Positions 51,450 to 64,000 of a stretch of DNA of 64,000 nucleotides are shown here, piece by piece (positions within the stretch are counted from its first letter, which is position 1; every line of letters begins with the position of its first letter). The position numbers and the translations under genes are program-made. Origin of the DNA: Pristiophorus japonicus (Eukaryota); NCBI RefSeq assembly GCF_044704955.1, contig NC_091999.1, positions 58,218,001 through 58,282,000 of the forward strand, given 5' to 3'. The notes under the pieces were generated by a model. The model searched no databases and was not told where the DNA came from. It was given only the letters and a program-made list of their open reading frames with translations.

Positions 51450-53040
51450 ATTCCCCAGGGCCTGATGGACTGCATCCCAGAGTACTTAAGGAGGTGGCCT
51501 TGGAAATAGTGGATGCGTTGACAATCATTTACCAACATTCCATTTACTCTGGATCAGTTCTATTGGAGTGGAGGGTAGCCAATGTAACCCCACTTTTTAA
51601 AAAAGGAGGGAGAGAGAAAACAGGGAATTATAGACCGGTCAGCCTGATATCGGAAGTGGGTAAAATGATGGAATCAATTATTAAGGATATCATAGCAGTG
51701 CATTTGGAAAGAGGTGACATGATCGGTCCAAGTCAGCATGGATTTGTGAAAGGGAAATCATGCTTGACAAATCTTCTGAAATTTTTTGAGGATTTTCCCA
51801 GTAGAGTGGATAAGGGAAAACCAGTTGATGTGGTATATTTGGACTTTCAGAAGGCGTTCGACAAGGTCCCACACAAGAGATTGATGTGCAAAGTTAGAGC
51901 ACATGGGATTGGGGGTAATGTACTGACATGGATTGAGAACTGGTTGTCAGACAGGAAGCAAAGAGTAGGAGTAAATGGGTACTTTTCAGAATGGCAGGCA
52001 GTGACCAGTGGGGTACCGTAAGGTTCTTTGCTGGGGCCCCAGCTGTTTACTCTGTACAGTAATGATTTAGATGAGGGGATTAAATGTAGTATCTCCAAAT
52101 TTGCGGATAACACTAAGTTGGGTGGCAGTGTGAGCTGCGAGGAGGATGCTGTGAGGCTGCAGAGCGACTTGGATAGGTTAGGTGAGTGGGCAAATGCATG
52201 GCAGATGAAGTATAATGTGGATAAATGTGAGGTTATCCACTTTGGTGGTAAAAACAGAGAGACAGACTATTATCTGAATGGTGACAGATTAGGAAAAGGG
52301 GAGGTGCAAAGAGACCTGGGTGTCATGGTACATCAGTCATTGAAGGTTGGCATGCAGGTGCAGCAGGCGGTTAAGAAAGCAAATGGCATGTTGGCCTTCA
52401 TAGCAAGGGGATTTGATTACAGGAGCAGGGAGGTGTTGCTACAGTTGTACAGGGCATTGGTGAGGCCACACCTGAAGTATTGTGTACAGTTTTGGTCTCC
52501 TTACCTGAGGAAGGACATTCTTGCTATTGAGGGAGTGCAGCGAAGGTTCAACAGACTGATTCCCGGGATGGCGGGACTGTCCTATCAAGAAAGACTGGAT
52601 CAACTGGGCTTGTATTCACTGGAGTTCAGAAGAATGAGAGGGGACCTCATAGAAACATTTAAAATTCTGACGGGGTTAGACAGGTTAGATGCAGGAAGAA
52701 TGTTCCCAATGTTGGGGAAGTCCAGAACCAAAGGTCACAGTCTAAGGATAAGGGGTAAGCCATTTAGGACCGAGATGCGGAGGAACTTCTTCACCCAGAG
52801 AGTGGTGAACCTGTGGAATTCTCTACCACAGAAAGTTGTTGAGGCCAATTCACTAAATATATTCAAAAAGGAGTAAGATGAGGTCATTACTACTAGGGGG
52901 ATCAAGGGGTATGGCGAGAAAGCAGGAATGGGGTCCTGAAGTTGAATGTTCAGCCATGAACTCATTGAATGGCGGTGCAGGTTGGAGGGCCGAATGGCCT
53001 ACTCATGCACCTATTTTCTATGTTTCTATGTATCTATGTT
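51450..53040 (+). mobile_element. 5'-truncated, relatively young CR1 (RT to 3' end)
   Basis: SPGPDGLHPRVLKE...NYRPVSL...[13 protein letters not shown]...SGVP*GS...FADNTKL...; 3' (tctatgt)n. Confidence 0.95.
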
Positions 53041-53715
53041 TAACAATGGCCTAGAAATCCCAGTCGAGGTCTTCCCGAAGGCGATCGACTAAAAAATGTT
53101 AAAAGTTGCACAAATACCTGCAATTGCTGCGACTACCATCAATTCAGGCCTAAGGCCTCCACGCTGTGCAGCAGAGGCGTGCACGTCTCAACGTCCATAA
53201 GCTTGAGCTGGAATCACATGGCCCTGGGCAGCCAATCAAGGTACAATATTTTCTCATTTAAAATAACGGGAACTCCATAAGTTGGATTTCCGGTTATTTT
53301 GATTGAGAAACACACCCGCCAAACATCAAAACAAAAAGAAAAAAAAGAAAAAATACACCACATATTTTATATTTATTTAAATTAAAGCTATTTTTGTCCA
53401 ATAAAAAAATCTTTCCAATTTTAAAAAAAGTTTTTTTTATTTCCAGTTTAAAATAAACTTACCTCAGTGGGCAGGGCTTTTAACAAAAAATGTATTTTAA
53501 ATTTTATTTTTCTATGAGTTTCATGATTTAAAACTCTTATGCCTATAAAAGAAGGCTTTGCGCCTGCTTTTATTAGCTTCAAGTTTTCAGGACATTTGCA
53601 ATCTTGCCGATGCGAATGTGCTGGCTGCTGAGATGTGGAGGATCTGTCAAGTTGGAGCTTGACAGATGGGAAAAGACGACTTTCAACCATGCACATTGTG
53701 CACAGAGCACATTGT

Positions 53716-54015
53716 ACCAAGTGAACAGTAATAAATGACGCTGTCAGACACCTGGCAATATTGAATGTTTAAAGGAACCGTTCCTATGGCATTGTCTAAT
53801 GTAACTACAGCAGACACTTCCCAAAGGCAGTTACATTATTTCTAGATCGAGCTTTGCAGTATTTATTGCGGATTTGCCTCTGGCTGCTGAATGCATGAGA
53901 AAAAATGAAGGGTGAGGAGGTGATGTCGGATAATTACACTTCAAAGTGAAACTTTGCCCGTCACCCAAGGTGTTACTCGGTGGGTCCTGAAACAAGGACA
54001 CTATTTCCTCACTGG
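53716..54015 (-). pseudogene. TCR alpha/delta-type V segment, heavily decayed
   Basis: QDPPSNTLGDGQSFTLKCNY...IQQPEANPQ*IL...TVPLNIQYCQVSDSVIYYCSL. Frameshifts and stops; RSS not recognisable because a repeat abuts it. Confidence 0.75.
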
Positions 54016-54403
54016 ACTTGATAAGGAACATTAGCAAGTAAAAGGCATCATGTTATCAGAATAAACAACACTCAAGCAATGGAGGCTGGACCCACACGTG
54101 CAATTTCATAAATGCCAGTAACACATACACACAGCTCAATGCATTGCGCAAAGCCTACCCTCAGTGTAAACAGGAGAGCATCTGGAAACAAATACCTGAA
54201 TGGCACCTCGGGAACAGATCTCTGCAAACCATAAGTGGAAAACAAAGCTTCTAGCACATATTGACAGGTGCTGATGGGTTTTATAACATTGTCAACCTTT
54301 CATTGTCCATTCAAAAAAACAGGACGAATCAGCGTCAGAAGACAGGATTGAAATCATGATACTGAGTTTGGAGTGAAGATCTTTATCAAGAAGCACAATC
54401 ATG

Positions 54404-54446
<43 letters not shown>

Positions 54447-55734
54447 TTACATTGCTCTCTGTCTCTCATTATCTCTGTGTCAGTCTCTCTATCTATGTAT
54501 CTCTCTCGCTCTCTCTTTCTTTATCTCTTTTTCTCGCTCCCTGTACCGCTTGCTCAATCGCTGTATCTCTCAACCTCTTTGTATCATTGTCTCTGTTGGT
54601 GTAGAAGGAAAACGTCTCTTACTCAAGGTGGACTCCCTGATATAAGGAATCGACACCCACCCGCCCGTATAGCGACCACAGAATCACTCAGACGAAACTT
54701 CGTTTCAACTGGTTTGTATTCAAGCATGCAGGGGAAGTTTTCATGGATGGACCTTCCCAGAACAGAGGTTTTGCAAATACACTTCTACAATTTTAGAGGT
54801 GTGCGCCCCTCTTAAAAAAACATCGATTGGCATACTGCTATCAACGAACTTACATTGATGTGTCGACCTTTGTCAGACTGGCTCTGAGTAGTGCTTCCCC
54901 ACCTCTCCATCTTGCATCACATGTCACCCTTCTGGAATGTGTTATTCTGTGGTGTCAAATTTGCCTCAATTCCTCGTGAAGTGTGAATTGAAATAGCTTC
55001 CCAGGATTTGCTATCTTGTTCCCAAATACATACTTTCTTATCCTGTTCCCAAGAGAATTCTAGTGAAAATGTTCGAGTTCCCTTAAGAATCTCATGAGAT
55101 TGAGATGCTGTCCAATCTTGTTTCAAACTGTTAATTCTCCACTGACTTTGATGGATGTGTTATTCTGTACTGAATGTATGTTTCCCTCAGTCTTTATTAA
55201 GGTTAACACAACGAATGGTTCATCACGCTTTACTGTGAAGCACAATTTGCTGTTTCCGCCACTGAAAACCCATAAAAAGCGAGAGTATAAGCGTGCTGTA
55301 CATACATAAGTGAGTTTTTCATACAACCGGTCAATTTAATATATATTATAATCCCTACCGTAAGACAGAGGAACTCCTGATTCCTCAGAACCTCCTAATA
55401 CTGATAAGGCCTACAATCTAGACCATGTGTTAGATCAATTCACTACCTTCAGTAGCCACTTTAGTGACCATCTGTCCGTCTGTCCACTCCCACTTTAGTG
55501 ATGGTATTTTATCCCCTTACAGTCTCTCTTTATCTCTCTCGATTTCTTTACCTCTGTATAATTTGTATCTATCTATATATATATATATGTCTATACATAT
55601 CTGTATCTCTGACAGTCTGACTTTCTCTCTATCTCTCCCTTTAACTCTCGCTCTCCCTTTCTCTTTCTCTCTGTTTCTCTGAATCACTCTGTATCTCTTT
55701 ATCCCTGTGTCTGTCTTATGCTATATCTATCCCC

Positions 55735-55788
<54 letters not shown>

Positions 55789-56273
55789 AAATCTATACCT
55801 GTATCTCTCTATCTATATACCTCTTTGTATCTCTGTCTCTCTCCATAGCGGTCTCTCTATCTCTCTATCTCGCTCAGTATCTCATAAGCCCTGCTTTACC
55901 CTGTGCCTGATTTTCTCAATGTCTCTCTATCAGTTTAACCCCTGTTTTCTCCCTATTTCTGAATTATCAGTGTCTATCTATCTGATCACGCCCTGTTTTT
56001 TTCACTCCTGACTTTCTCACTGTCTCTCTGTCTCTCTGTCTGATTACCCCTTGTCTCATTCGCCATCTCTGACTGTCTCAGTGTCTGTCGATCTGATTAC
56101 CTCCTGTTTCACTCCCTCTGTCTGATTATCTCAGTGTCTCTCTATCTGCTTACCCCACGTTGCTCTCTTTCTGACTGTCCCAGTATTTATTTATCTGATT
56201 AACCCCTCTCTCTTTCCCCGTCTATGTGTTTCAATGTCTATCCATCTGTTTACCCCATGCTTCTCTCTCTCTC

Positions 56274-56340
<67 letters not shown>

Positions 56341-57721
56341 GTCTGTCTCAATGTCTGATTAACATCTGTGATCTCTCTGTTTCAGACTACATCAGTGTAT
56401 ATCGATCAGATTACCCGTATTTCTCTCTCACTGTCTGTTGCCTCATTGTCTTCCTATCTGACGAATTCCTGTTATCTCTCTGTCTGACAGCCTCTGTCTC
56501 TCTTTCTGTCTGATTACCCCCTATTTCTCTCTCTGTCTGTCTGTCAAAATGTATCTCTATCTGAATAATACCTGCTTCTCCCTCTCTGTCTGACTGTCTC
56601 ACTGTCTCTATCTGATTACCCCTGTTTCTCTATCTTCCTGACTGTATCGAAATTTCTTTTTCTGATTACCCCTGTTCTATCTATCTCTCTGCCTGATTGT
56701 CTCAATGTATCTCTATTCGATTAACATCTGCTTCTGTCTCGTAGTATCTGATTGTCTGAGTCTCACTCTATCAATTTACCCCTGTTTCTCTCTCTATAAT
56801 TCGGTCTCAGTATCTCTCTATATGATTAACGTTGTTTGTCTTTCGGTCTTTCTGTCTCAGAGTCTCCATATCTGATCAGTGCCTGATTTTATCTCCCTGA
56901 CTGTGCCGTTTCATTCCATCTGATTAATCTGTTTTTCTCTTTGTGTCTGACACTATCAGTGTCCCTATCTAAATACTCCATCCTTCTCTCTCTGTGTGTC
57001 TGTTACCTCAGTACTTCACTTTCTCATTATCCCCTGTTTCTCTCTCTGTCTGTCTGTCAAAATATCTTTCTATCTGAATATTACCTGCTTCTCCCTCTCT
57101 GTCTGACTGTCTCACTGCCTCTATCTGATTTCCTCCTGTTTCTCTATCCTCCTGACTGTAGCGAAATGTATTTGTCTGATTTCCCCTGTTCTCCCTCTCT
57201 CTGTCTGATTATCTCAATATCTCTATTCGATTAACCCCTGGTTCTGTCTCGTAGTATCTGATTCTCTCAGTGTCACTATCTAATTTACCGCTGCTCGTCT
57301 GTCTACCTGTCTGTCTCAGTATATCTATGTATGATTAACACTGTTTGTCTTCCGGTCTTTTTGTCTCAGAGTCTCACAATCTGATCACTCCCTGATTTTA
57401 TCTCTGTCTGTCGCAGTTTCACTCCATTTGATTCATCTGTTTTTCTCTCTGTGTCTGACAGTCTCAGCGTCTCTTTCTGAATACTCCCTCCTTCTCTCTC
57501 TCTGTGTGTCTGTTACCACAGTACCTATCTTTCTGATTGACCATTTTTCTCTCTCTGTCAAAATATCTCTCTATCTGAATATTACCTGCTTCTCCCTCTC
57601 GGCCTGACTCACTGTCTCACTATCTGATTAACCCCTGTTTCTCTCTCTCTGTGTCTGACTGTCTCGGTGTTTCTCTATTCAATTAACGCCTCCTTCTGTC
57701 ATTAATGTCATACGAGAAGAG

Positions 57722-58145
57722 ACAAGATCAACTGGGCCTTTATTCACTGGACTTTAGGAGGATGGGAGGGTATCTCATAGAAACGGATACGATTTTGACG
57801 GGACTGTACAGCTAAGATGCAGGAAGAATGTTCCCAATGTTGGGGAAGACCAGAACCAGGGGACGTAGTCTTAGGATAACGGGTAAGCCATTTAGGAGAA
57901 ACTTCTTCACTCAGAGAGTTATTAAACGATGGAATTCCCTGCCGCAGAGAGTTGTTGATGCCAGTTCATTGGATATATTCAACAGGGAGTTCGATATGGC
58001 CCTTCCGGCTAAGGGGATCAAGGGGTATGGATAGAAAGCAGGAAAAGGGTACTGAGGGAATGATCAGTCATAATCGTATTGAATGGCGGTGCAGGCTCGA
58101 AGGGCCGAATGGCCTAATCTTGCAACTATTTTCTATATTTCTATG
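57722..58145 (+). mobile_element. CR1 3' fragment
   Basis: MFPMLGKTRTRG..RNFFTQRV..WNSLPQ; CR1 3'UTR. Confidence 0.88.
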
Positions 58146-58389
58146 ATTGGCTGTAAACCTATGTAATTTACTGCTGTGTCTCTCTGTGTCTGTCTGTCTC
58201 AGTATTTCTCTATTTGATTATCACTGTTTATCATTCGGTCTCACAGTGTCAGAGTCTCTCTAACTGATTACTCCGTGCTTCACGCTGTTTGACTGTCTCA
58301 GTTACAATCCATCTGATTAACCCGTTTTTCTCTCTCTGTCTGTATCTCAGAGTCTCTTTCTATGTCTGCCATTCCCAGTGTATATCTAT

Positions 58390-58611
58390 NNNNNNNNNNN
58401 NNNNNNNNNNNNNNNNNNNNNNNNNNNNNNNNNNNNNNNNNNNNNNNNNNNNNNNNNNNNNNNNNNNNNNNNNNNNNNNNNNNNNNNNNNNNNNNNNNNN
58501 NNNNNNNNNNNNNNNNNNNNNNNNNNNNNNNNNNNNNNNNNNNNNNNNNNNNNNNNNNNNNNNNNNNNNNNNNNNNNNNNNNNNNNNNNNNNNNNNNNNN
58601 NNNNNNNNNNN
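58390..58611. other. Assembly gap
   Basis: Run of N. Confidence 1.
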
Positions 58612-59235
58612 TCTAGCTGAATACATCCTGCGTCTCTCTCGCTCTCTGTCCGACTGTGTCTCAGTGAGATTCTATATGATTGCCCCTTGTTTCTATCTCT
58701 GTATGACTGTCGCAGCATATCTCTATCTCTTTACTCCCTGCTTCTCACTCTCTGTCTGGCTATTTCAGTGTCTCTCTATCTGATTAATATTTGCGACTGG
58801 CTCTCTGAATCTAACTGCCTCAGCGTGTCTCTATCTGATTACTCCTCTCTCTCTCTATCTCTGTCTGATTGTCACATTGTTGCCCTCTCTGATTAGTCCC
58901 TGTTCTCTGTGTGTCTGACTATGTCAATATCTCTCGCTCTATGATTACACCCTGTTACTGTCTGTGCCTGACTGTTTCAATTTCTCTCTGTATGATCACC
59001 CACTGTTTCAGTCTCACTGTCAGATTACCTCAATGTCTTACTATCTGACTACGCCTGATCTTCTCCCTGTCTGACTGTCTCCGTGTCTCTCTATCTGATC
59101 ACTCCTGTTTTTCTCCCTGTCTGACTCTCAGTGTCTCTCTATCTAAATACCTATCGTTTTCCCTCTAATTCTGAATGTCGCAGTGTTTCTCTATCTGATT
59201 TCCCATTGCTTCTCTCTCTCTCCGTATGCCTCCTC

Positions 59236-60228
59236 TAATTCGTTAGGTAGTATCAAATTACAAATGTCAGTATCCAAGTACTAAATAATGTGCTCCTGAG
59301 TCTGCTTTGTAGCTCCACTGTGGCCTGATGGGGTTGCATTAATATTTCTCCTATATTGATGGAGGCTGCATCTATCATGACCAGTTCTGAGGCAGTTAAA
59401 TGGTCCCGCAATCTTTGTGATGAAGTTCAGATTCTACAGGATGTACTGTGGGGTTTACTATAAGGAATCCATTTCAGTTCTACCAGGCATTTGGCCATCG
59501 GTCGTTAAGGCTGAGGGGAGATCGTTGAGGGGCTTTGGTAGTGCCCCAAAATGGCCTTCTACATTTAAGACGGGTTGGTAGCAGATTGTTCAATTCTGCC
59601 TGGATCAGCATATTTTTGTATCAGCATGTATTTTCTGGAGAATAATTATTTGCGACGTGTGTGTGGTAGTGCAATGTTTGTAAGCACGGGGAGCCAAGGT
59701 GTTGGTGTCGATAAAAGCGTACCGGTGATTATTCTCATAGTAGAATTCAGCTGGACATCAACGGATTTAACAACCGAAATTGATATCCAAGCCGGAAAGC
59801 GGAACTCCACTGCAGAGTAAACCAGTGCGAGTGCTGTAGTACGGGGGGAGGGGGAGGACTTGAGGGTCTGATCCTCATGTGGTTCCGGCGAGTTTCTCGA
59901 TCATGTTAATTCTACTCTTCAGTTTCTTGCCAAGGCACTGGAGATGTTGTCTATATGACAGTGTTTGATCCAGCGTGAATCCTAAACAGGAGGGTTTTTT
60001 TTTGGCATCGTTTACCGCTATTCCACATAAGGAGCCTTTCAAAGCTTGGTATGCTTGATGGGTGTGAAGGTGGAATGCCGAGGTGACAATCTTTTCCGGG
60101 TTTGGCCGGAGATGCCATCAGCAGAAGTAGGTTTCCATCGTCTTGTAGGAGTTAGTTTTTCAATGTCCTGTATCTGCTCTTCTGGGTGCCAGGGTAAACA
60201 GGGGAGCTTCGGATTCGAAGCACGGAGT
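59236..60228 (-). mobile_element. Vingi/Ingi-clade LINE 3' part, decayed
   Basis: TLDQTLSYRQHL...SRINMIEKLAGTT*G...RTTALALVYSAVEF...DVQLNSTMRIITGTL..TPTPWLPVLTNIA. Confidence 0.75.
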
Positions 60229-60229
60229 T

Positions 60230-60399
60230 ACACAAGAACATAAGAAATAGCAACAGGAGGAGGCCACCTGGCCCCACAAGCCTACTCCACAATATATAAG
60301 ATCATGGTTGATTTGATCATGGACTCAGCTCCCTGCCTGCTCCCCCTGACCCTTTTATTTCCTTATCGATCAAAAATCTGTCAAATTCTGTGTTAAATG

Positions 60400-60430
<31 letters not shown>

Positions 60431-60512
60431 AGGCAGTCCCTTGGAATCGAGAAAGACTTGCTTCCACTCCGGAAGTGAGTTCTTTGGTGGCTGAACAGTC
60501 CATACGAGAGCC
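60230..60512 (-). mobile_element. Stacked CR1 3' end (60230-60395) and RTE 3' end with (CAT)n tail (60403-60512)
   Basis: caagaacataagaaatag...; catcatcat..aggcagtcccttggaatcgag...ttgcttccac. Confidence 0.65.
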
Positions 60513-61289
60513 TGTGTAGCTGTCCAGTCCGCTAGCTTTTAGTGATTGCTGTACTCGGACAACTAAATTTTTAGGGCTCAAAATGTTCTTTGTTCCTGGG
60601 AGGTGAATGACTACAGCGAGGTTTTACTAGCCAATCCCCAGGCGCCTTGAGTGTATTAGCAGAGAAGCAGGTTAAGTGAGGAACAGATTCCCTACAATGA
60701 AAGATATTATTCAACCAATTGTGGTTTTTAACAACCATCCGTCAGCTTTCATCCTACTTTCCTTTTGGCAACTCACATATTTTCAGCTGTATTTTACATC
60801 AGTTTCACGGCTTGGGGAGCTTCGAACTTACGAACTGCGAGTTACTGGTCTAGTACTCTTACTGCTGGGCTGGTTGTTCCACTGTAAGATTGATATCTGT
60901 AGAGCAAGATGGCCCATTATAGAAATCATATTAAAGTTGGAAGCTTTAACTACTGATATGGACAAAGACGAACCTAGCAATTGTAACTGCATTTATGATT
61001 GGAGACTTGAGATTTCGATTGAAGCTAATAAGTTTAAGCGATCTAATCGAGTTTTTGTTGTAAAGTAGCTTTACTGGAGAGAAGATGAAAAGACTGATTC
61101 CTCTGCTTGTGGGAATCGGTAAAGAAAGGTCATAAAATTCAACATATTAACAAGAGAGTGACAGAAGCTCGGAAAAATATTTGCATGGACGCGAGCGTGG
61201 GAGTTGTTGGAGCATGGGACATTTTGCCATAAATAGTGTTTGAGGCAGAGAACATTACGCCTTAAAAAAGTTGCAGCGGTATTTTCGTT

Positions 61290-62580
61290 ATGTTACTCCA
61301 TTTGTAATCCAGAGTCCTGGGCGAAGCAGTTTATTGCACGAATTAAAATGGTACCTGCGTAGTTTGGGAATTTAAATTCCGATTTTTAAAAAATAAATGA
61401 GAGTCTGGTATCAGAAAAGTGACCATAAAGTGATCGGCTTTGGCAAAAACCCCAACGGGTACACTAATGTCCCGTCAGGGAAAGAAATCAGCCGTCCTTA
61501 CCCCAAAAGTGACTCCAGTCCCACACTCAACGTGATTTAGCTCTTTGAAATGGCCCTGCATGCCCCCCAGTTGTATCAAACGCTTGAAAGGAGCAGAACT
61601 GCAGTGGTTCGAAAAGCAGATGGCTCACCAGCAATTTCTCAAGTGGAAACCAAGGGATGGGCAATAAATGCTGACATGCCAGTGAAATCCATATCCCTAT
61701 AATTAATAACGAAAGGAAAGGTTTAAGATGCAGTTGCCTAATTTCAGACTGTTGAAACCGACAACCCTCCACGACCTGTCTGCTCCTTCAATTCTGGCCA
61801 CTGTGCAATCCCAATTTAATCGCTCCAAAATTAGCCGCCGTGTCTTCACCTGCCTCGGCCCTAAACTCTGGAATTCCACCCCTAAATATCTGCCCTAATA
61901 TCTCCGTATGTAGCTAGGTGGCAAATGTTATAAGAACACAAGAAATAGAAGCAGTATTAGGCCACCTGGCTCCTTGAGCCTGTTGCGTCATTCAACAAGA
62001 TCATGGCTGATCGGATCATGGACTCAGCTCCACTTCCCTGCGCTCTCCCCATGACCATTTATTCCCTTATCGCTCAAAAATCTGTCTATGTTACCTCTTT
62101 AACAGGGTCAATTTGTAAAGCGAGAGCAGTGAAGGAAACAATTAATGTTGTTCTGGCAGCTGTGCGGGAGCTTCCCATTAAAGGAGCTGTTTGCTGACCT
62201 TTACCACTAAGCATAGCCGATAAAAGGGGGATGTAGACGGGAAGCGAGCCATGAAGGATTTGAACACAATGATGTGGTAAATTAAAAGAACTCCTTTAAC
62301 CTCAATAAAATGGAGAGTCACTGGCAGGTTTGAGCAGAATGCGATGGCGCGAACACCAACAGGTAAATCATAATACAAAAGCAAAATACTGCGGATGATA
62401 GAATCTGACATAAAAAATAAAATGCTGGAAATCTCAGAGGGCCAGGCAGCATCTGTGGAGAGAGAAACAGAGTTGACCTTTCAGGTAGATGAACCTTCAT
62501 CAGAACTGGCGATTGTTCCGAATGAAAAGATTCTTATGGAGCACTGAAAGGGGGAGGGGAAGAAAGAATAAAAGAGAAAC
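61290..62580. mobile_element. Cluster of old SINE, L2, CR1 and Penelope-like fragments
   Basis: SINE-like tail gggcaataaatgctg (61660), L2 3'UTR (61780-61925), CR1 end (61930-62090), Penelope-like aaaagcaaaatactgcggatg...cagcatctgtggagagag (62377-62510). Confidence 0.55.
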
Positions 62581-63143
62581 TAGGTAAATCATATTGCGTC
62601 TGAAGAATTTTCAGCATCAGTCCTAAGCTGACCTTTCATAGTTTGAACTTGCGTCCTCAGGTTCTACTTCCGCGGTTTCATTTAAAGTAATAATCAGAGT
62701 TAACTTTTTTATGCACTTCGCGATCTTGATAACCTGTTGGAGTAATTGCAGTCTGGAACTCGGGTGATGGTTGGAACATGCTAGTGTCCAATTATTTCAT
62801 CATTCAGCTGCGAAACTAATCATTACAACGCCGTTACTGAGCAGTGAAACACGTTGCAGACGCCGCAGCATGAATTAACACTTTTGTCTGCATCTGATGA
62901 TAATTTCAAAGAAAGGAGGAAGGGATCATTGGGTGAAGAGATAGAGAGAGAGAGAGACAGAGAGAGAGAGAAAGAGAGAGAGTGAGAGAGACTGTGTATT
63001 TAGATATCTGCCGGTCTATCTGGTTAGTTATCTACCCAGCTATATATTATCGAGCGTTTTCGTTTTATTGTTTGATTTCTATTGTAACATCCCAATGCCG
63101 GGTCTTAGAGCTGATTCAGTGAGAGGTAATTAAATTCCATTGC

Positions 63144-63182
63144 TTGTTTTGTACGGACTGACTGCGCCCGTGCAGCAGTGTG
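63144..63182 (-). other. 23-bp-spacer RSS of the TCR V segment
   Basis: CACACTG + 23 bp + ACAAAACAA. Confidence 0.85.
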
Positions 63183-63608
63183 GGGGTCAGCGCAGAGTGA
63201 TGCACGGCAGATTCAGAGACAAGAGCCCCGGATATATTTAAAGGAACTGTTTACTAGTCTTGGTCCAAAGCAGCAGAAAATCATCCTGGGAAATCAGGAG
63301 ACCGCTTGCCGTACATGTTCAGTAAATATCTCGGATCTTCCCCGGGATATTGGAAATACCAGAAGAGAATTGGGGCAGTGTACGTTGCTGAGTAATTACC
63401 GTTCAGTTTTAAGGTCTGACCCTCCTGAATCATTACTTCAGACGGATGCTGGGACACTGAATCTTCGCCACTCCTTCCTGGAACAAAATACAGAATGTGT
63501 TAAAAGTCTGATAGTAAATATAACCCATGGAACACAAACTGACCCTTTAAACATAGACTCACCGGGCAGCATGGCAATTATTATCAGTAGTGAACATGGG
63601 GAACACAT
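63183..63608 (-). pseudogene. TCR alpha/delta V pseudogene (leader 63563-63608, V exon 63183-63477)
   Basis: Leader MCSPCSLLIIIAMLP|GTGAG; AG acceptor. EDSVSQHPSEVMIQEGQTLKLNGNYSAT..LFWYFQYPGEDPRYLL...G*FSAALDQD**TVPLNISGALVSESAVHHSAL. Both Cys lost, 3 stops. Confidence 0.88.
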
Positions 63609-64000
63609 GGTGTCTAGTTTAGATTTCGATATACAATAATTGAATGTTTTAAATATGTTGCCGTTTTTGGTCTGATAATATAGAGCAAACCCAAATCAGC
63701 GGCAGTCATCATTTATTTCAAAACTGAGGTGCGTTTCTCAGGGCTTGGATTGGATGTTCTCTCAAATCCAACGCCAGCTGTGGATGAATCACTGTCAGTT
63801 GAGGACCAATTACTGATGGCTCCCTCCAAACTCTTTCCTTCCCAGTCAGTGCCTGTGTGTCTTTCTATCTGTCTCACACTCCTGCACCGTGTCTCTGTCA
63901 ATCGGACTGCGTTTCTGGCTTTGTATACCTTTCGGTCGACATCAATGTCTCTATCAATAGATATATAGATCTCGCCATAATTAAGGTGAAAAAGTAAATA

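Larger units (their letters stand above)
55500..59220. repeat. CT-rich low-complexity/minisatellite tract with (CT)n runs and an internal ~500-bp duplication
   Basis: Recurring tctctatctgattacccctgtttctctctctgtctgactgtctcag; 56500-56990 resembles 57020-57500. Confidence 0.8.

Noticed and set aside
61179-61186. Ig octamer ATTTGCAT
   Set aside because: Isolated, within a decayed repeat, and not upstream of any V leader.
63178-63639. 153-aa plus-strand ORF
   Set aside because: Antisense to the TCR V pseudogene, which has splice and RSS support on the minus strand.

Overview
Eukaryotic, repeat-rich DNA that is almost certainly from a cartilaginous fish (shark-type IgM, shark-type CR1 LINEs and DeuSINEs). 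The core is a minus-strand IgM heavy-chain minilocus pseudogene (leader, VH, J, Cmu1-Cmu4 with secretory tail, 9761-21770). It appears partially pre-rearranged as VD-[22-RSS]...[12-RSS]-DJ, with no free D segments. Two TCR alpha/delta-type V pseudogenes (about 53.7-54.0 kb and 63.2-63.6 kb) lie upstream on the same strand, which suggests an Ig cluster embedded in or next to a TCR alpha/delta V array; assembly gaps at 23486-23670 and 58390-58611 intervene. The IgM secretory tail is cut by a CR1 3' end, which in turn abuts a head-to-tail array of three Tx1-clade retrotransposon copies (1-9065). Also present: a GPR139-like orphan GPCR pseudogene exon, a dense CRE/FOX/ETS motif island at about 29.7 kb, an inverted pair of 27-bp minisatellite arrays, several other minisatellites, and many CR1, L2, Vingi, RTE, Penelope, SINE and Harbinger-type remnants. 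No intact host protein-coding gene, RNA gene or CRISPR array was found. Repeat family names come from motif recognition, not database searches.
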